Counted from the stretch's first letter, positions 48,333 to 58,490 are shown. The stretch is 64,000 bases of DNA from an uncultured Candidatus Saccharibacteria bacterium (GCA_964430225.1 CAYSFE010000001.1:11820-75819); one strand, 5' to 3'. The notes: generated by a model from the letters alone, not told the origin. Numbers and translations are program-made.

Positions 48333-49901
48333 ATGAATGGACTAAGCTTAAAACAAAAAAGAGTTTATGATTATATAATTAAATTTATAAATGAAAATGG
48401 AATAGCTCCAACTATCGAAGAAATCCGAAAAGCCTTAAAATTAATGGCAACATCTACAGTTCATGAACATATTAAAACTTTAGTAGATAAGGGATATCTT
48501 AAAAAAGAGACCTCCTATCACAGAGGGTTAATTCCAATAAAAGCAATTAAGAAAGTATTTGAGGTTCCAATAATCGGGAAGATTGCAGCTGGCAAACCCA
48601 TTGAGGTAAATGAGGTTTTTGAAGATACAATTTCAATTGTAAACGAAAATATTTCCAACATAAAAGATTTTTATGCTTTAAAAGTCGAGGGTAACAGTAT
48701 GATTGACGAAGGAATTTTTGATGGAGACATTGTGATAGTCAAGAAACAATCAGTAGCCGAAAATGGCCAGACTGTAGTTGCTATTGTTGATGATAATTGT
48801 GCAACTCTTAAAAAGATATATAAAGAGAAATCTAGATTTAGGCTTGAGCCAAGAAATCAATCTATGCTTCCCTTTTTTAGAAAAGAGGTTGAAGTAAGAG
48901 GTGTTGTTATTCAAATCATTAGTAATACCTTTAGTAATGCATTAAATAAACAAGAAAAACAACAAAATTTTAGAACAATTGATTTATTTGCAGGTATTGG
49001 TGGCATACGTATTGGATTTGAAAAAGCAGGATTTAATACAGTTTTCGCAAATGATTTTGAGCCAAATTGTAAAATTACTTATGATCTTAACTTCAAGAAG
49101 ACAAAACTAGTGGTTGAAGATATAAAAAAAATTGGTATTAAAGATTTACCAAACTTTGATTTTGTTTTAGCTGGCTTTCCATGTCAGGCATTTTCAATCG
49201 CTGGTTACAGACAGGGTTTTAATGATGAGAAGGGAAGAGGAAACTTATTCTTTGATATTGTTAAAATTTTAGAAGCACGTAAACCCGAAGGATTTTTACT
49301 AGAGAATGTTAAGAATCTAAAAAGTCATGATAATGGTAAAACTTTTAAGATTATAGAAAAATCGTTAACAGACCTAGGCTATTATGTCAAAACAAAGGTA
49401 CTAAACTCAATGGAATATGGTAATATCCCACAGAATCGCGAACGAATATATATTGTAGGATTCAAAAATAAGAATTATGCAGAAAAATTTACATTCCCAT
49501 TGCCACAAAAGCTTTCAACAAAAGTAGAAGACTTATTAGAAAAGAATGTTCTACAAAAGTATTATTACAATAACAAGCCACTTTACGAGAAGCTTAAAAA
49601 TCATGTAAAAGTAGGAAAGGTTTATCAGTGGAGAAGACAATATGTAAGGGAAAACAAGAAAGGTGTTTGTCCAACATTGACTGCAAACATGGGAACAGGA
49701 GGGCATAATGTTCCAATTATAAAAGATAGTAAGGGAATTAGAAAATTAACTCCAATCGAGTGCGCAAGAATTCAAGGATTTCCGCAAGATTTTGTACTAC
49801 CAAATCTTGCAGACTCCATACTTTATAAACAAATTGGAAATTCAGTCAGTGTACCAGTCGTAGAGTCAGTAGCAAAACAAATGATGAAAGCATTAGAATA
49901 A
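48333..49901 (+). CDS. fusion protein: LexA-like repressor (HTH + S24 autopeptidase) fused to DNA (cytosine-5) methyltransferase
   Basis: Residues 1-~200 are collinear with LexA ('IAPTIEEIRKAL...HIKTLVDKGYL', 'IGKIAAGKPIE' Ala-Gly site, 'VEGNSMID' Ser, 'IVIVKK' Lys). C-terminal C5-MTase motifs: I 'DLFAGIGGIRIGF', IV 'GFPCQAFSIAG', VI 'ENVKNL', 'RIQGFPQDF', 'GNSVSVPV'. Confidence 0.8.
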   Translation: MNGLSLKQKRVYDYIIKFINENGIAPTIEEIRKALKLMATSTVHEHIKTLVDKGYLKKETSYHRGLIPIKAIKKVFEVPIIGKIAAGKPIEVNEVFEDTISIVNENISNIKDFYALKVEGNSMIDEGIFDGDIVIVKKQSVAENGQTVVAIVDDNCATLKKIYKEKSRFRLEPRNQSMLPFFRKEVEVRGVVIQIISNTFSNALNKQEKQQNFRTIDLFAGIGGIRIGFEKAGFNTVFANDFEPNCKITYDLNFKKTKLVVEDIKKIGIKDLPNFDFVLAGFPCQAFSIAGYRQGFNDEKGRGNLFFDIVKILEARKPEGFLLENVKNLKSHDNGKTFKIIEKSLTDLGYYVKTKVLNSMEYGNIPQNRERIYIVGFKNKNYAEKFTFPLPQKLSTKVEDLLEKNVLQKYYYNNKPLYEKLKNHVKVGKVYQWRRQYVRENKKGVCPTLTANMGTGGHNVPIIKDSKGIRKLTPIECARIQGFPQDFVLPNLADSILYKQIGNSVSVPVVESVAKQMMKALE

Positions 49902-49902
49902 A

Positions 49903-50958
49903 TTAAATTTTTTCGGAAATTTCTTTAAATGCCACTTCTGGTTTAGTTAAAAGACCTTTTGATATTAGGGTAGTAATATTATTTTTAGCAATCCAAATGT
50001 TATTTCTATCTAATTTAGGATTTCTTCCTATTGCATTTAAATCAAAACTATAATAATTATCTTTTTCAAGTTTGTAATTCCCAACTATTTTATTTGTTAC
50101 AAACGAATCAGTTACACAATAAATATACCTTCTTATACTTTTTTTGTTCTTTTTTTCAAAAAGTTTAATTTCTCCAGAATAATAAAACCTACCCATAAAT
50201 TCAGGAGAAGGAACCTTTTTATTCATTTCATATTGCTCAAGGTATTCTTTTGAAATTCCAATAATTTCAGGAATTTTGCCTTTTTTTATAGAAGATATTG
50301 TCGCTTTTCCAGCAATGTTAAAAACTTTTGTTTCATACATTAAAGAGTCCTTTCTATAAATTTTCCCATATTTACTTAACTCACTACCCGAAATTACATA
50401 ATCAACTACGACTTGAATATTTTGCATTTCGGTAAATCTTTCAAATATTTCCGTTTTAATTTCTCCTTTAAGGTATACCCCAAGTAAATCCTTCTGTTTA
50501 CTGTCCCCTATGTTTGTATTTGCGATATGAGCACCAATAATAAAAATGTTTTCCAAATTGGAATAACTGGGGATACTTTTTATTGTTTCAAACTGTTCTA
50601 GAGTAAGTCCACACCATCTATCAGCAACTGAGACGTTTTTAATTTCAATAAAACAATTCGGATTTCTTTTCTTATTATTATGGAAAATATATGGAATGTC
50701 AGGCTCATTCAAAATCTCACTATTACTTTTAATATCAAGATCAAGTTCGAATGATTTATTGGGATTGAAATTTGCGAGTATTTTAGAAACTCCAATTTCA
50801 ACAAGCTTACCAAATAAAAAACTATCAATAACACCCCCTAATCCCCTAGAGGAACCTGAGGTTCTTGAAGACTTAGATTTCTTAGGATCAAGATGATATT
50901 TAACAGCGAAGCCGAAAGCAACTTCAAAATCTTTTTTTGTTAAATTATAACTTAACAT
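49903..50958 (-). CDS. putative type II restriction endonuclease (PD-x16-ExK)
   Basis: 'NEPDIPYIFHNNKKRNPNCFIEIKNVS' contains PD...E-I-K. Convergent with the methyltransferase and abutting it (1-nt gap). Confidence 0.45.
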   Translation of the reverse strand: MLSYNLTKKDFEVAFGFAVKYHLDPKKSKSSRTSGSSRGLGGVIDSFLFGKLVEIGVSKILANFNPNKSFELDLDIKSNSEILNEPDIPYIFHNNKKRNPNCFIEIKNVSVADRWCGLTLEQFETIKSIPSYSNLENIFIIGAHIANTNIGDSKQKDLLGVYLKGEIKTEIFERFTEMQNIQVVVDYVISGSELSKYGKIYRKDSLMYETKVFNIAGKATISSIKKGKIPEIIGISKEYLEQYEMNKKVPSPEFMGRFYYSGEIKLFEKKNKKSIRRYIYCVTDSFVTNKIVGNYKLEKDNYYSFDLNAIGRNPKLDRNNIWIAKNNITTLISKGLLTKPEVAFKEISEKI

Positions 50959-50969
50959 TTTTTATTTCT

Positions 50970-51059
50970 TGGCGGAGAGAGAGGGATTCGAACCCCCGGT
51001 TGACTTGCGCCAACAACAGTTTTCAAGACTGTCGCCTTAAACCACTCGGCCATCTCTCC
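50970..51059 (-). tRNA. tRNA-Ser (anticodon UGA), CCA encoded
   Basis: The reverse complement reads GGAGAGATGGCCGAGTGGTTTAAGGCG-ACAGT-CTTGAAA-ACTGT-[long variable arm TGTTGGCGCAAGTCAACC]-GGGGGTTCGAATCCCTC-TCTCTCC-G-CCA. Confidence 0.8.
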
Positions 51060-51103
51060 ATATGGGTATAGATATTGTACCAAAGTAGGAGATTATCCGT
51101 AAA

Positions 51104-51970
51104 TTATTTATTCCTTCTAGTTATGAGCATTTGAGCTAATTTTGTCCTAGTAGGTTTATCAAATCCTCTTATCATCTCTTTTTCCTCAGCTATTGCATCC
51201 ATATATTTAGGGTTAAGTATTTGCATTACTCTATGTTTAAATCTTAAAGGTAATTCTAATAACGTAGCTTGGACCACTAGTAACATAGACATTTGTCTTT
51301 CAAGTTGTAAGGCTAAACCTGGAACCGGAGATACCCAATCATATTTATTCCTAGCAAATATTGTCCTAAATTCAACTTCTGTTATCTCCTGTTCTGGAGA
51401 TACAGGTAATTTATCTACAACATAACATGTACTTGGGTAAGTAAGGCCGGACCTATTAACTTTAACACCTCTCTCACTATCCCTTCTACGTGCTATTCCT
51501 AAGATTCTAATGATTCTAACCTGAAATTCTCTATCTCCATTAACAATGTTTGATAGATAAATTCTCTGTCTTACTTTTGCATTACCCTTAAAAGAAGCTA
51601 GAACATCAAATGCATAATATGGAAATTGATATGTGGAAGTGGGGTAGTAAAAAGTATTAAAACCATCTTGTTCAAAATCAATATAATTCTGAATAATTGT
51701 TCTGAAATTAGGAATTAGTGCTTCACATCCGCCAACTTGATTTGGATGATCTAGTACTATATGCCAAAAGGCTTCACTTTGTTCAGGTATACTAAAAGGT
51801 ATGACACTTTGAGAATATGGACTTATTAATTGAAGTCCATCTTTTTTATCTTGATTAAGTTTAGAAGCTAATTGTAAACAACCTAAAAAGGAATCATATC
51901 TTCTTAGTTGATCCTCAGAAACATACCTTGGTTTTAGACCAAATTCTTGCCTAACTTCATTTGAAACCAT
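51104..51970 (-). CDS. hypothetical protein
   Basis: 288-aa ORF. Confidence 0.4.
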   Translation of the reverse strand: MVSNEVRQEFGLKPRYVSEDQLRRYDSFLGCLQLASKLNQDKKDGLQLISPYSQSVIPFSIPEQSEAFWHIVLDHPNQVGGCEALIPNFRTIIQNYIDFEQDGFNTFYYPTSTYQFPYYAFDVLASFKGNAKVRQRIYLSNIVNGDREFQVRIIRILGIARRRDSERGVKVNRSGLTYPSTCYVVDKLPVSPEQEITEVEFRTIFARNKYDWVSPVPGLALQLERQMSMLLVVQATLLELPLRFKHRVMQILNPKYMDAIAEEKEMIRGFDKPTRTKLAQMLITRRNK

Positions 51971-51992
51971 GATAAATTATAACACTATAAGA

Positions 51993-53210
51993 CTATTCCG
52001 GTAAAGAAGAATAGAGGGAAAACTCCCCATTCTGGTATATCACTTTTTTAGTTCCATTTCTAAGTATTGCTGTAACTGTCCTATCTTTTCTTGTGACTAT
52101 ATCTGTATGTACATGACTTTCATTAAAGCCATATTTCTTTGCTGTTTTAGTAGTATAGTCTTTAGTTCCTTCAGAGAAACATTCAGGGAAAGATTGTCCT
52201 AAAGCTAAGTGCATATTCCCATATTTTCCCCCTGTATTTTCATCAAAGAGTGTTTCAGCCATAAACCTATGAATCCTACTTAGTCTTTTATCTGTAAGAC
52301 TAAACTCTCCAAGTCTATTTGCTCCTTTCTCAGATATCATTTGTTTTAATACATTCTCTCCCTTCTTTGCACTAGCTTTAACTACCTTTCCATCTTTAAA
52401 CTCTAAAGTTATCCCATCTACAAGATTGTCATATATATAGAGAGGTTCTGAGAAAGAGATATATCCCTCAGCTTCTCTGCAATCTGGTGAAGTAAACACT
52501 TCAAAAGAGGGGATATTCCTTCCTCCTCCTCCTGCCCATATTCTTTTCGCTCCTAACCCTATACTTAAATCGACTCCATCTCCCTTAACAATTAAGGTCT
52601 TAATATCTAGTATGTTGAGTTTAGATTTTGTGTCTTCTACTTGTTTAGTTACTTCTCGCCATTTACTTACAGGATCATTCTCATCTAGAAAACATGCATG
52701 TACTATCTCCTCCCAATACTCAGCTAAAGACATATTGGCTTCTTTAGCCATTGCTTTAGTTGGGAATAGAGAGATATTCCAAGTAAGCTTTCCTTTGTTT
52801 TCTTTTTGTTGCATCAGACTTCTAAAGAATCCTAAATTCTTTTGTCTTAGCATTATGAGTTTAGGATCTATTCCCTCTAGTTGTTTAGGATCTGATTCAG
52901 ATAAGATTCTAACCACATGATCACACTCAGATATTAAAGATCTTACATATTTCTTTGGAGTATATGACAATTGTTCAGGAGATCCTATATCAAAGAAATC
53001 TCTTAATATACCATCAGGGATATATTCAAGTATCATATGTCCACCTGATTCTAGGATAGACTTTTGAAGATAGGGAAGAAACTCACGAGCTGCTTCTGGA
53101 ATACGTACATATACCTTATCTCCCTTCTTTATACCTTTATAGTCATTAAGAGCAAACTTAATGATCACATCAGCATATCTCTTTAATATTGTTTCATCTA
53201 TTTTAGTCAT
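51993..53210 (-). CDS. aminopeptidase, M29 (AmpS/PepS)-like, tentative
   Basis: Length ~405 aa; N-terminal 'LKRYADVIIKFALNDYKGIKKGDKVYV', like M29 aminopeptidases. Confidence 0.45.
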   Translation of the reverse strand: MTKIDETILKRYADVIIKFALNDYKGIKKGDKVYVRIPEAAREFLPYLQKSILESGGHMILEYIPDGILRDFFDIGSPEQLSYTPKKYVRSLISECDHVVRILSESDPKQLEGIDPKLIMLRQKNLGFFRSLMQQKENKGKLTWNISLFPTKAMAKEANMSLAEYWEEIVHACFLDENDPVSKWREVTKQVEDTKSKLNILDIKTLIVKGDGVDLSIGLGAKRIWAGGGGRNIPSFEVFTSPDCREAEGYISFSEPLYIYDNLVDGITLEFKDGKVVKASAKKGENVLKQMISEKGANRLGEFSLTDKRLSRIHRFMAETLFDENTGGKYGNMHLALGQSFPECFSEGTKDYTTKTAKKYGFNESHVHTDIVTRKDRTVTAILRNGTKKVIYQNGEFSLYSSLPE

Positions 53211-53218
53211 ATGAGTAT

Positions 53219-54526
53219 TTATTTTCTAAGTAGCCATTCATATAGAGGGACTACATGTATGTTTATTCCATCTTTAGATATTGTTTCCTTTTCACTTTCA
53301 GTAACTAGTAGACATGTAGGAGATTTCTTTCCTTCTTTTACTTCTTTCTTTTCTTTTATAGCAGATACTACAGCTCTTAACTCTCTTTCTTTAGTATCTT
53401 CTGACTCAAAGTGTTGAGATACTTGAATAAAAGAATTTTCTTTAGGTAGATAGAAGTCTACTTCATAGTCTTCAGAAGTTTTATAGTAGTATATTTCTTG
53501 ATTCCTTCTTCTTAAGTCAACATACACAACATTTTCTATTAATTTACCTTTGTTCTTAGAAAAACTAAAACCAACAGATTCAATAAGACCAGTGTCTATT
53601 CCATATACCTTCTTTGCAGCTATTTGCTGTTCCTTTACAGAGAAAGCATACTTATTTACTAGAAAGAATAGCCAGCTAGTTTCTAAATAGTCTATATAGC
53701 TTATTACAGTATTAACACTCCCTAATTGAAGAAGTTCTTTAAGTTTATTATATGATATTAGAGAAGATATATTACTTACTAAGTAAAAAGATAGTTCTTT
53801 TAAACTCTTTACATTAGTCAAGTTATATCTTGTAGCTATATCCCTATATAGTACATCGTCATAAAGTGTTTTATGTATTTCTAGTTCTGGATATTTTAGA
53901 GAGTCTGGTATTCCTCCTGATGAAATATATTCTTTAGTTAAATTCACAAATTGTCCCTTCTGTTTTGTAGTCAATACTTTCATATCAGGAATCTCAAAGT
54001 TCTTAAAGGTTAGAAACTCTCTAAACGAGAAAGGGAATAGTTCAACACGAACAGAACGGCCTGTTAATCTTGTTCCTAGTTCCTGGCTGAGTAGAGATGC
54101 ATTTGATCCCGTTATTACAAACTTATATCCTTCATCGTGTAATCTTCTAACAAACCTTTCCCACTCAGGGACATTTTGAATCTCATCAAATAAGAATGTT
54201 TTCTTTTCACCAAATAGACTTATTAGTGTTTCGTGTAGTAAATCAAAGTCATTTACTTGAAAGTTTATCAACCTCTCATCTTCAAAGTTCACAAAATAGT
54301 ATCCATCTTTTAGGTATTTATCAGCTATTTGAGCTAGAAGAGTAGACTTACCTACACGTCTTAAACCAGTAATAACCATTATTTGGGTAGAAGATAAAAT
54401 GTCACCTAATTCAGCAAGTATTTCTCTTTTTATACCTAAATCACGGGCCATAAACGAATCATGCTGTTCCTTTAAAGCACTAGTAAGTATCTCTTTATTT
54501 AGTATTTTTAGTGGTTCTGCCGTCAT
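53219..54526 (-). CDS. AAA-family ATPase (AAA_14 + DUF4143-type)
   Basis: Walker A 'GLRRVGKSTLL'; Walker B 'LFDEIQ'. Family size ~435 aa. Confidence 0.6.
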   Translation of the reverse strand: MTAEPLKILNKEILTSALKEQHDSFMARDLGIKREILAELGDILSSTQIMVITGLRRVGKSTLLAQIADKYLKDGYYFVNFEDERLINFQVNDFDLLHETLISLFGEKKTFLFDEIQNVPEWERFVRRLHDEGYKFVITGSNASLLSQELGTRLTGRSVRVELFPFSFREFLTFKNFEIPDMKVLTTKQKGQFVNLTKEYISSGGIPDSLKYPELEIHKTLYDDVLYRDIATRYNLTNVKSLKELSFYLVSNISSLISYNKLKELLQLGSVNTVISYIDYLETSWLFFLVNKYAFSVKEQQIAAKKVYGIDTGLIESVGFSFSKNKGKLIENVVYVDLRRRNQEIYYYKTSEDYEVDFYLPKENSFIQVSQHFESEDTKERELRAVVSAIKEKKEVKEGKKSPTCLLVTESEKETISKDGINIHVVPLYEWLLRK

Positions 54527-54660
54527 AATACTTAAAAGTTTACCATGAAATAGTTTTCACTGTCAATGAAAACTATTTCCCATTTGTTTTCAGTGGGAAT
54601 GAAAGCTTTTTTTGAGACCCAAGTGGGAGTAGGGTAGTCACCTAGTTCCTAGTACCTCAC

Positions 54661-54870
54661 TTAACTAGGAACTAAATGAGTATGATCTACCTTTTCACTC
54701 TCTAGCATCTCTATAGCTTTCTTTACTCTTTGTACCTTAGTATGGTCCATTTTAGCGGAGTCTATCCACTTTAAATATTCCCTTTGATGAGATGGAGATA
54801 ATGTCTCAAAGTATTCCAGTACATGAGAAGAAAAGAATTGCTTCCTTACATATTCAGGTATCTTTGTCAT
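54661..54870 (-). CDS. YdeI/OmdA-like small protein
   Basis: 'HQREYLKWIDSAKMDHTKVQRVKKAIEML'. Confidence 0.4.
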   Translation of the reverse strand: MTKIPEYVRKQFFSSHVLEYFETLSPSHQREYLKWIDSAKMDHTKVQRVKKAIEMLESEKVDHTHLVPS

Positions 54871-54903
54871 AAAAAGAGAGTATAAAGTAAATTGGGGTAG
54901 TGT

Positions 54904-55092
54904 TTATATTCCGAATATCTTTCTTATTCCATCAAGTAGATCTATTCTTAAAAAGAAATTAACTACAAATAGAACAAAAGCTGCAAAGAATGCTAGCTTA
55001 AGAGTAAATTTTAAAACTTTAACGAATATACCAAAAGCAAGTACTGCTATGATCACGTATATGATTGTATTTGGATTACTAAATAGTTCCAT
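54904..55092 (-). CDS. small membrane protein
   Basis: 62 aa, two TM helices. Confidence 0.3.
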   Translation of the reverse strand: MELFSNPNTIIYVIIAVLAFGIFVKVLKFTLKLAFFAAFVLFVVNFFLRIDLLDGIRKIFGI

Positions 55093-55126
55093 ATATGTAT
55101 TTTAGTACAAAGAATGTACGAATGCA

Positions 55127-56158
55127 CTAGGGCTTTTGCATTGTATATGGAACTATACCTAATACATCTCTCACACTAGCTAAAAGAATTGATCTAAGCT
55201 CCATATTAATTTGGGGACTTAGTCTTCTTTTAACTTCTGTTGCTGTTTCAATAACTGCATCAAGTTCAGCTTTTAATGCTCTAAAATCTTTTCTATAGAC
55301 TAGAAAGCCTTTCATTGTTCTATCAACTCTTTCAGGATTTGTATCACCACTCCCTGAAAGTGTTACTTCTTGTATCCTATTATTACAAAGCTCACCTGTT
55401 CTAACCCAAATGTCCGGATCTAATACTTTCTTTAAACTTGCATTGGTAATTAATGGTCCATTAAAGATCACTGAAAAAAATAACTTTCCCTTTAAATCAC
55501 TTGGTTTAACTATTTTGTCTGGACTAATCGTAAATCTTTTAAATCTCTCTCCAAGAGCATCAATCCATCTTTCTACATATGCTCTACCAATTTCTTCTAA
55601 ACGATTTTCTACAAATTGAGCTTGTTCACTAAATCCATAAGACCTAAATAAATATGGAACTGAATTCTCAGTAGATCCTAACATATCAAATAATGTTCGC
55701 TCATGCTGTCTATATTCAGGATCTGCATTTTCAGGTCCTAATACTTGCATATAATAACCATTTGCGTCTATTGGATGAGCTGCATTATCGAAATCACTTA
55801 ATGGAAAGAAATAGGGAGTTTCTTGCTTCATAAATCCAGTTTGGTCTTCCACCTTTACCTGCGACCAATTTGACGTATTATCAAGTAAAGTTAAACTTGA
55901 GTCCATTAATTGATCTTTTGTAAATTCTCCTTTTAGAAAACGTACTGCATAATCAGTCCTAACAAGCTTAGTACCTTTATCTACGGGTCTATTAATCCCA
56001 ATTCTTGTATACCCTGATAGTAATCTTTCTATTTCTATATTTAAACCGCCATTCCACTTTTTATTTAAGTGTTCTCTAATAGTTGCTTTTAAACCTTCTT
56101 GAAATGCTGTTCTTGTTTCTGGTGTTTGAAATAACCGTGGTTCATCTAATATTGTCAT
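55127..56158 (-). CDS. hypothetical protein
   Basis: 343-aa ORF. Confidence 0.4.
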   Translation of the reverse strand: MTILDEPRLFQTPETRTAFQEGLKATIREHLNKKWNGGLNIEIERLLSGYTRIGINRPVDKGTKLVRTDYAVRFLKGEFTKDQLMDSSLTLLDNTSNWSQVKVEDQTGFMKQETPYFFPLSDFDNAAHPIDANGYYMQVLGPENADPEYRQHERTLFDMLGSTENSVPYLFRSYGFSEQAQFVENRLEEIGRAYVERWIDALGERFKRFTISPDKIVKPSDLKGKLFFSVIFNGPLITNASLKKVLDPDIWVRTGELCNNRIQEVTLSGSGDTNPERVDRTMKGFLVYRKDFRALKAELDAVIETATEVKRRLSPQINMELRSILLASVRDVLGIVPYTMQKP

Positions 56159-56205
56159 TTTAAGTAATATTGATAAATATAGGCGAAATTATATCATACT
56201 AAGGG

Positions 56206-58038
56206 TTATTCATATCCCTTAGCTTGTAACTTAAACATAGTAGAGTATAGTCCATTATTGTTTAATAGTTTCTCATGTGTACCTTCTTCTGTAATCTTTC
56301 CTTTGTCTATTACTAATATCCTATCTGCCATTCTTACTGTAGAGAATCTATGTGAGATAAAGATAACAGTCTTACTCTTTATCTTTCCCTTTATAGTTTC
56401 AAATATTTCTGATTCAGCTTTAGCATCTACTGCACTCGTAGGTTCATCCATTATTACTAGTCCCGAGTCCCTATAGAATGTTCTTGCTAAGGCTATTCTT
56501 TGATGTTGACCTCCAGAAAAATCTACTCCATTAAAATCTCTTCCTATTGGTTCTTCATATCCCTTCTTATTACTTAAGATAAACTCTTCTGCTTTTGCAT
56601 CTCTTGCTGATTCCTTTACTTTTTTATTTTCAGGATCTACGTCTTTTAGAAATCTATTTACATCACCAATTCCAATATTTTCTTTTACTGTTAACACATC
56701 AAAAGTAGTAAAGTCTTGAAGTAATACTGAACACTCTTTCCTCCATGTTTCTATATCTATTGTCTTTATGTCTATTCCATTTATTAATACTTGTCCTTCT
56801 GTGACATCATAGAATCTAAGTATTAATTTCACTAAGGTAGATTTACCAGCTCCATTCTCTCCAACAATAGCTACAGTTTCAGCCTTATCTATCTTAAGAT
56901 TAAAATCTTTAAGAATATATTTCTCAGTATCAGGATATTTAAAAGATACATTTTTAAACTCAATAGATGGGGGAGTATCTATCTTCATAATTGGATTTTC
57001 AATATTTAGCACTTTATTCTTTATCCCAAACATTTCAAATACTTTCATTACATATTTTGTTTGAGCTAAAGCAGATGTTAAATCTTGAAGTAATTGAGAT
57101 ATTCTATCTCTAAAGAATATTAAGTTAAAAAGTGTAAATGAAATAGCTCCTATTTCAATCTTACCTAAGAAATATTGATTAACAAGATAGTAAAGAGCAA
57201 TCCCATTTACAAATACTGGTATAAGGTCAGCTATGATAGTCCACTTAAGCTTATTAAATAGAATTCCCTTTTGTTTCTTAATTACAGAGTCATATAGATT
57301 AAAAAGTTTAGACTGTAAAAATTCTCCAATTCCAAGCAACTTAATATCTTTAATAGTATTTACACTTTCATTGTAATGAATCAAAGTTCCATATCTTCTT
57401 GTAATATTTGCATCTAGGGACCATATACCCCACATAGCATTTTCAGTTTTTGAATTTACTATTATCCTAGGTATTATGCTAACAGCAACAAGTAAAGAGA
57501 ATATAGGTTGAACAAGAAAGATAGCTAGACCAGAAGAAAATGCTCCTATAAGATCATAAAGTGAATCCCAACTAAATCTTAATACATCTGATGGTCTCCA
57601 TTCATGTCCCTCTTTAGCATTACTAATTAGGTCAGCATATTTTGAGTTTTCATATATCTCAATATCAAGAGAAACAAATTTCTTTAAAAATGCTTTTAGG
57701 AAATACTCTGTCATATCATACCTATATGCCATATCTGTAATACTATTCTTAATAGTAAGCATAATACTATCTAGGAATGTTAATACGGGATACATAAGTA
57801 CAAGTGCTAATATCTTTTCAGGTTCAGGTTTCTCTCTAACTAAAGTAGATAGTATATTAGTAAATACAAGAATAGATAAAGTAGGAGCAATTGCAGCAAG
57901 TATCGTAGAAAAGAGAGCCACAAAAAAGTACTTCTTATTTATATCAAAAGCTAATTTTAAAATCTTGAAAATAACCATTATCAATGATAACAGTGTGATA
58001 GAGGGAGATACAATAGGAGAGAGAGAGTTATAAGTCAC
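56206..58038 (-). CDS. ABC exporter, fused permease/ATP-binding protein (no peptidase domain)
   Basis: Six TM helices, then Walker A 'GENGAGKSTL', signature 'FSGGQHQRIALAR', Walker B 'VIMDEPTSAVD'. Confidence 0.8.
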   Translation of the reverse strand: MTYNSLSPIVSPSITLLSLIMVIFKILKLAFDINKKYFFVALFSTILAAIAPTLSILVFTNILSTLVREKPEPEKILALVLMYPVLTFLDSIMLTIKNSITDMAYRYDMTEYFLKAFLKKFVSLDIEIYENSKYADLISNAKEGHEWRPSDVLRFSWDSLYDLIGAFSSGLAIFLVQPIFSLLVAVSIIPRIIVNSKTENAMWGIWSLDANITRRYGTLIHYNESVNTIKDIKLLGIGEFLQSKLFNLYDSVIKKQKGILFNKLKWTIIADLIPVFVNGIALYYLVNQYFLGKIEIGAISFTLFNLIFFRDRISQLLQDLTSALAQTKYVMKVFEMFGIKNKVLNIENPIMKIDTPPSIEFKNVSFKYPDTEKYILKDFNLKIDKAETVAIVGENGAGKSTLVKLILRFYDVTEGQVLINGIDIKTIDIETWRKECSVLLQDFTTFDVLTVKENIGIGDVNRFLKDVDPENKKVKESARDAKAEEFILSNKKGYEEPIGRDFNGVDFSGGQHQRIALARTFYRDSGLVIMDEPTSAVDAKAESEIFETIKGKIKSKTVIFISHRFSTVRMADRILVIDKGKITEEGTHEKLLNNNGLYSTMFKLQAKGYE

Positions 58039-58237
58039 CTATCACTTGAAGAGGATGATTAGCATTAATATCTTGGATAGATTCAGGGGTTATTTCATGA
58101 TTTGGAAATAATATACTTCCCACTGCTAAGCCTAAGTCAGGATTTACATTTGGTCCCAAATCACTTTCTCCATCAGGGATAGATGAATTACCTTCATCCT
58201 GAACAATTGATTCCAATAAATGATCTGTACCCTCCAT
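58028..58237 (-). CDS. small acidic hypothetical protein
   Basis: 69-aa ORF overlapping the ABC exporter start. Confidence 0.3.
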   Translation of the reverse strand: MEGTDHLLESIVQDEGNSSIPDGESDLGPNVNPDLGLAVGSILFPNHEITPESIQDINANHPLQVIGDL

Positions 58238-58257
58238 ATTACTTCTGTCCTATTAAA

Positions 58258-58470
58258 CTAAGGCTTTATTATTAGTGTAACTCCTGGCAAATTAATAAAT
58301 ATTATATCTCCTGTAGCTTTTTTTAGGGTAGTTCCTATAGCTTCTTTTACTCCTTCAGCATTCACTTCTTTGTTAACTGGAGTGTCTTCTTGAACTTGAG
58401 GAATACCTGTTTCAATTCCAGAAGGAGTATTAGGTTTTCTTACTTTTCTTCTTAATGCAGGTTTCGGCAT
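58258..58470 (-). CDS. small hypothetical protein
   Basis: 70-aa ORF. Confidence 0.3.
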   Translation of the reverse strand: MPKPALRRKVRKPNTPSGIETGIPQVQEDTPVNKEVNAEGVKEAIGTTLKKATGDIIFINLPGVTLIIKP

Positions 58471-58490
58471 AAAATATACTTAAAAAATTA

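Noticed and set aside
45741-51059. Integrase or transposase marking the island as an active mobile element
   Set aside because: No tyrosine/serine recombinase or transposase motifs in any ORF of the block. The island call rests only on the tRNA adjacency and gene content.
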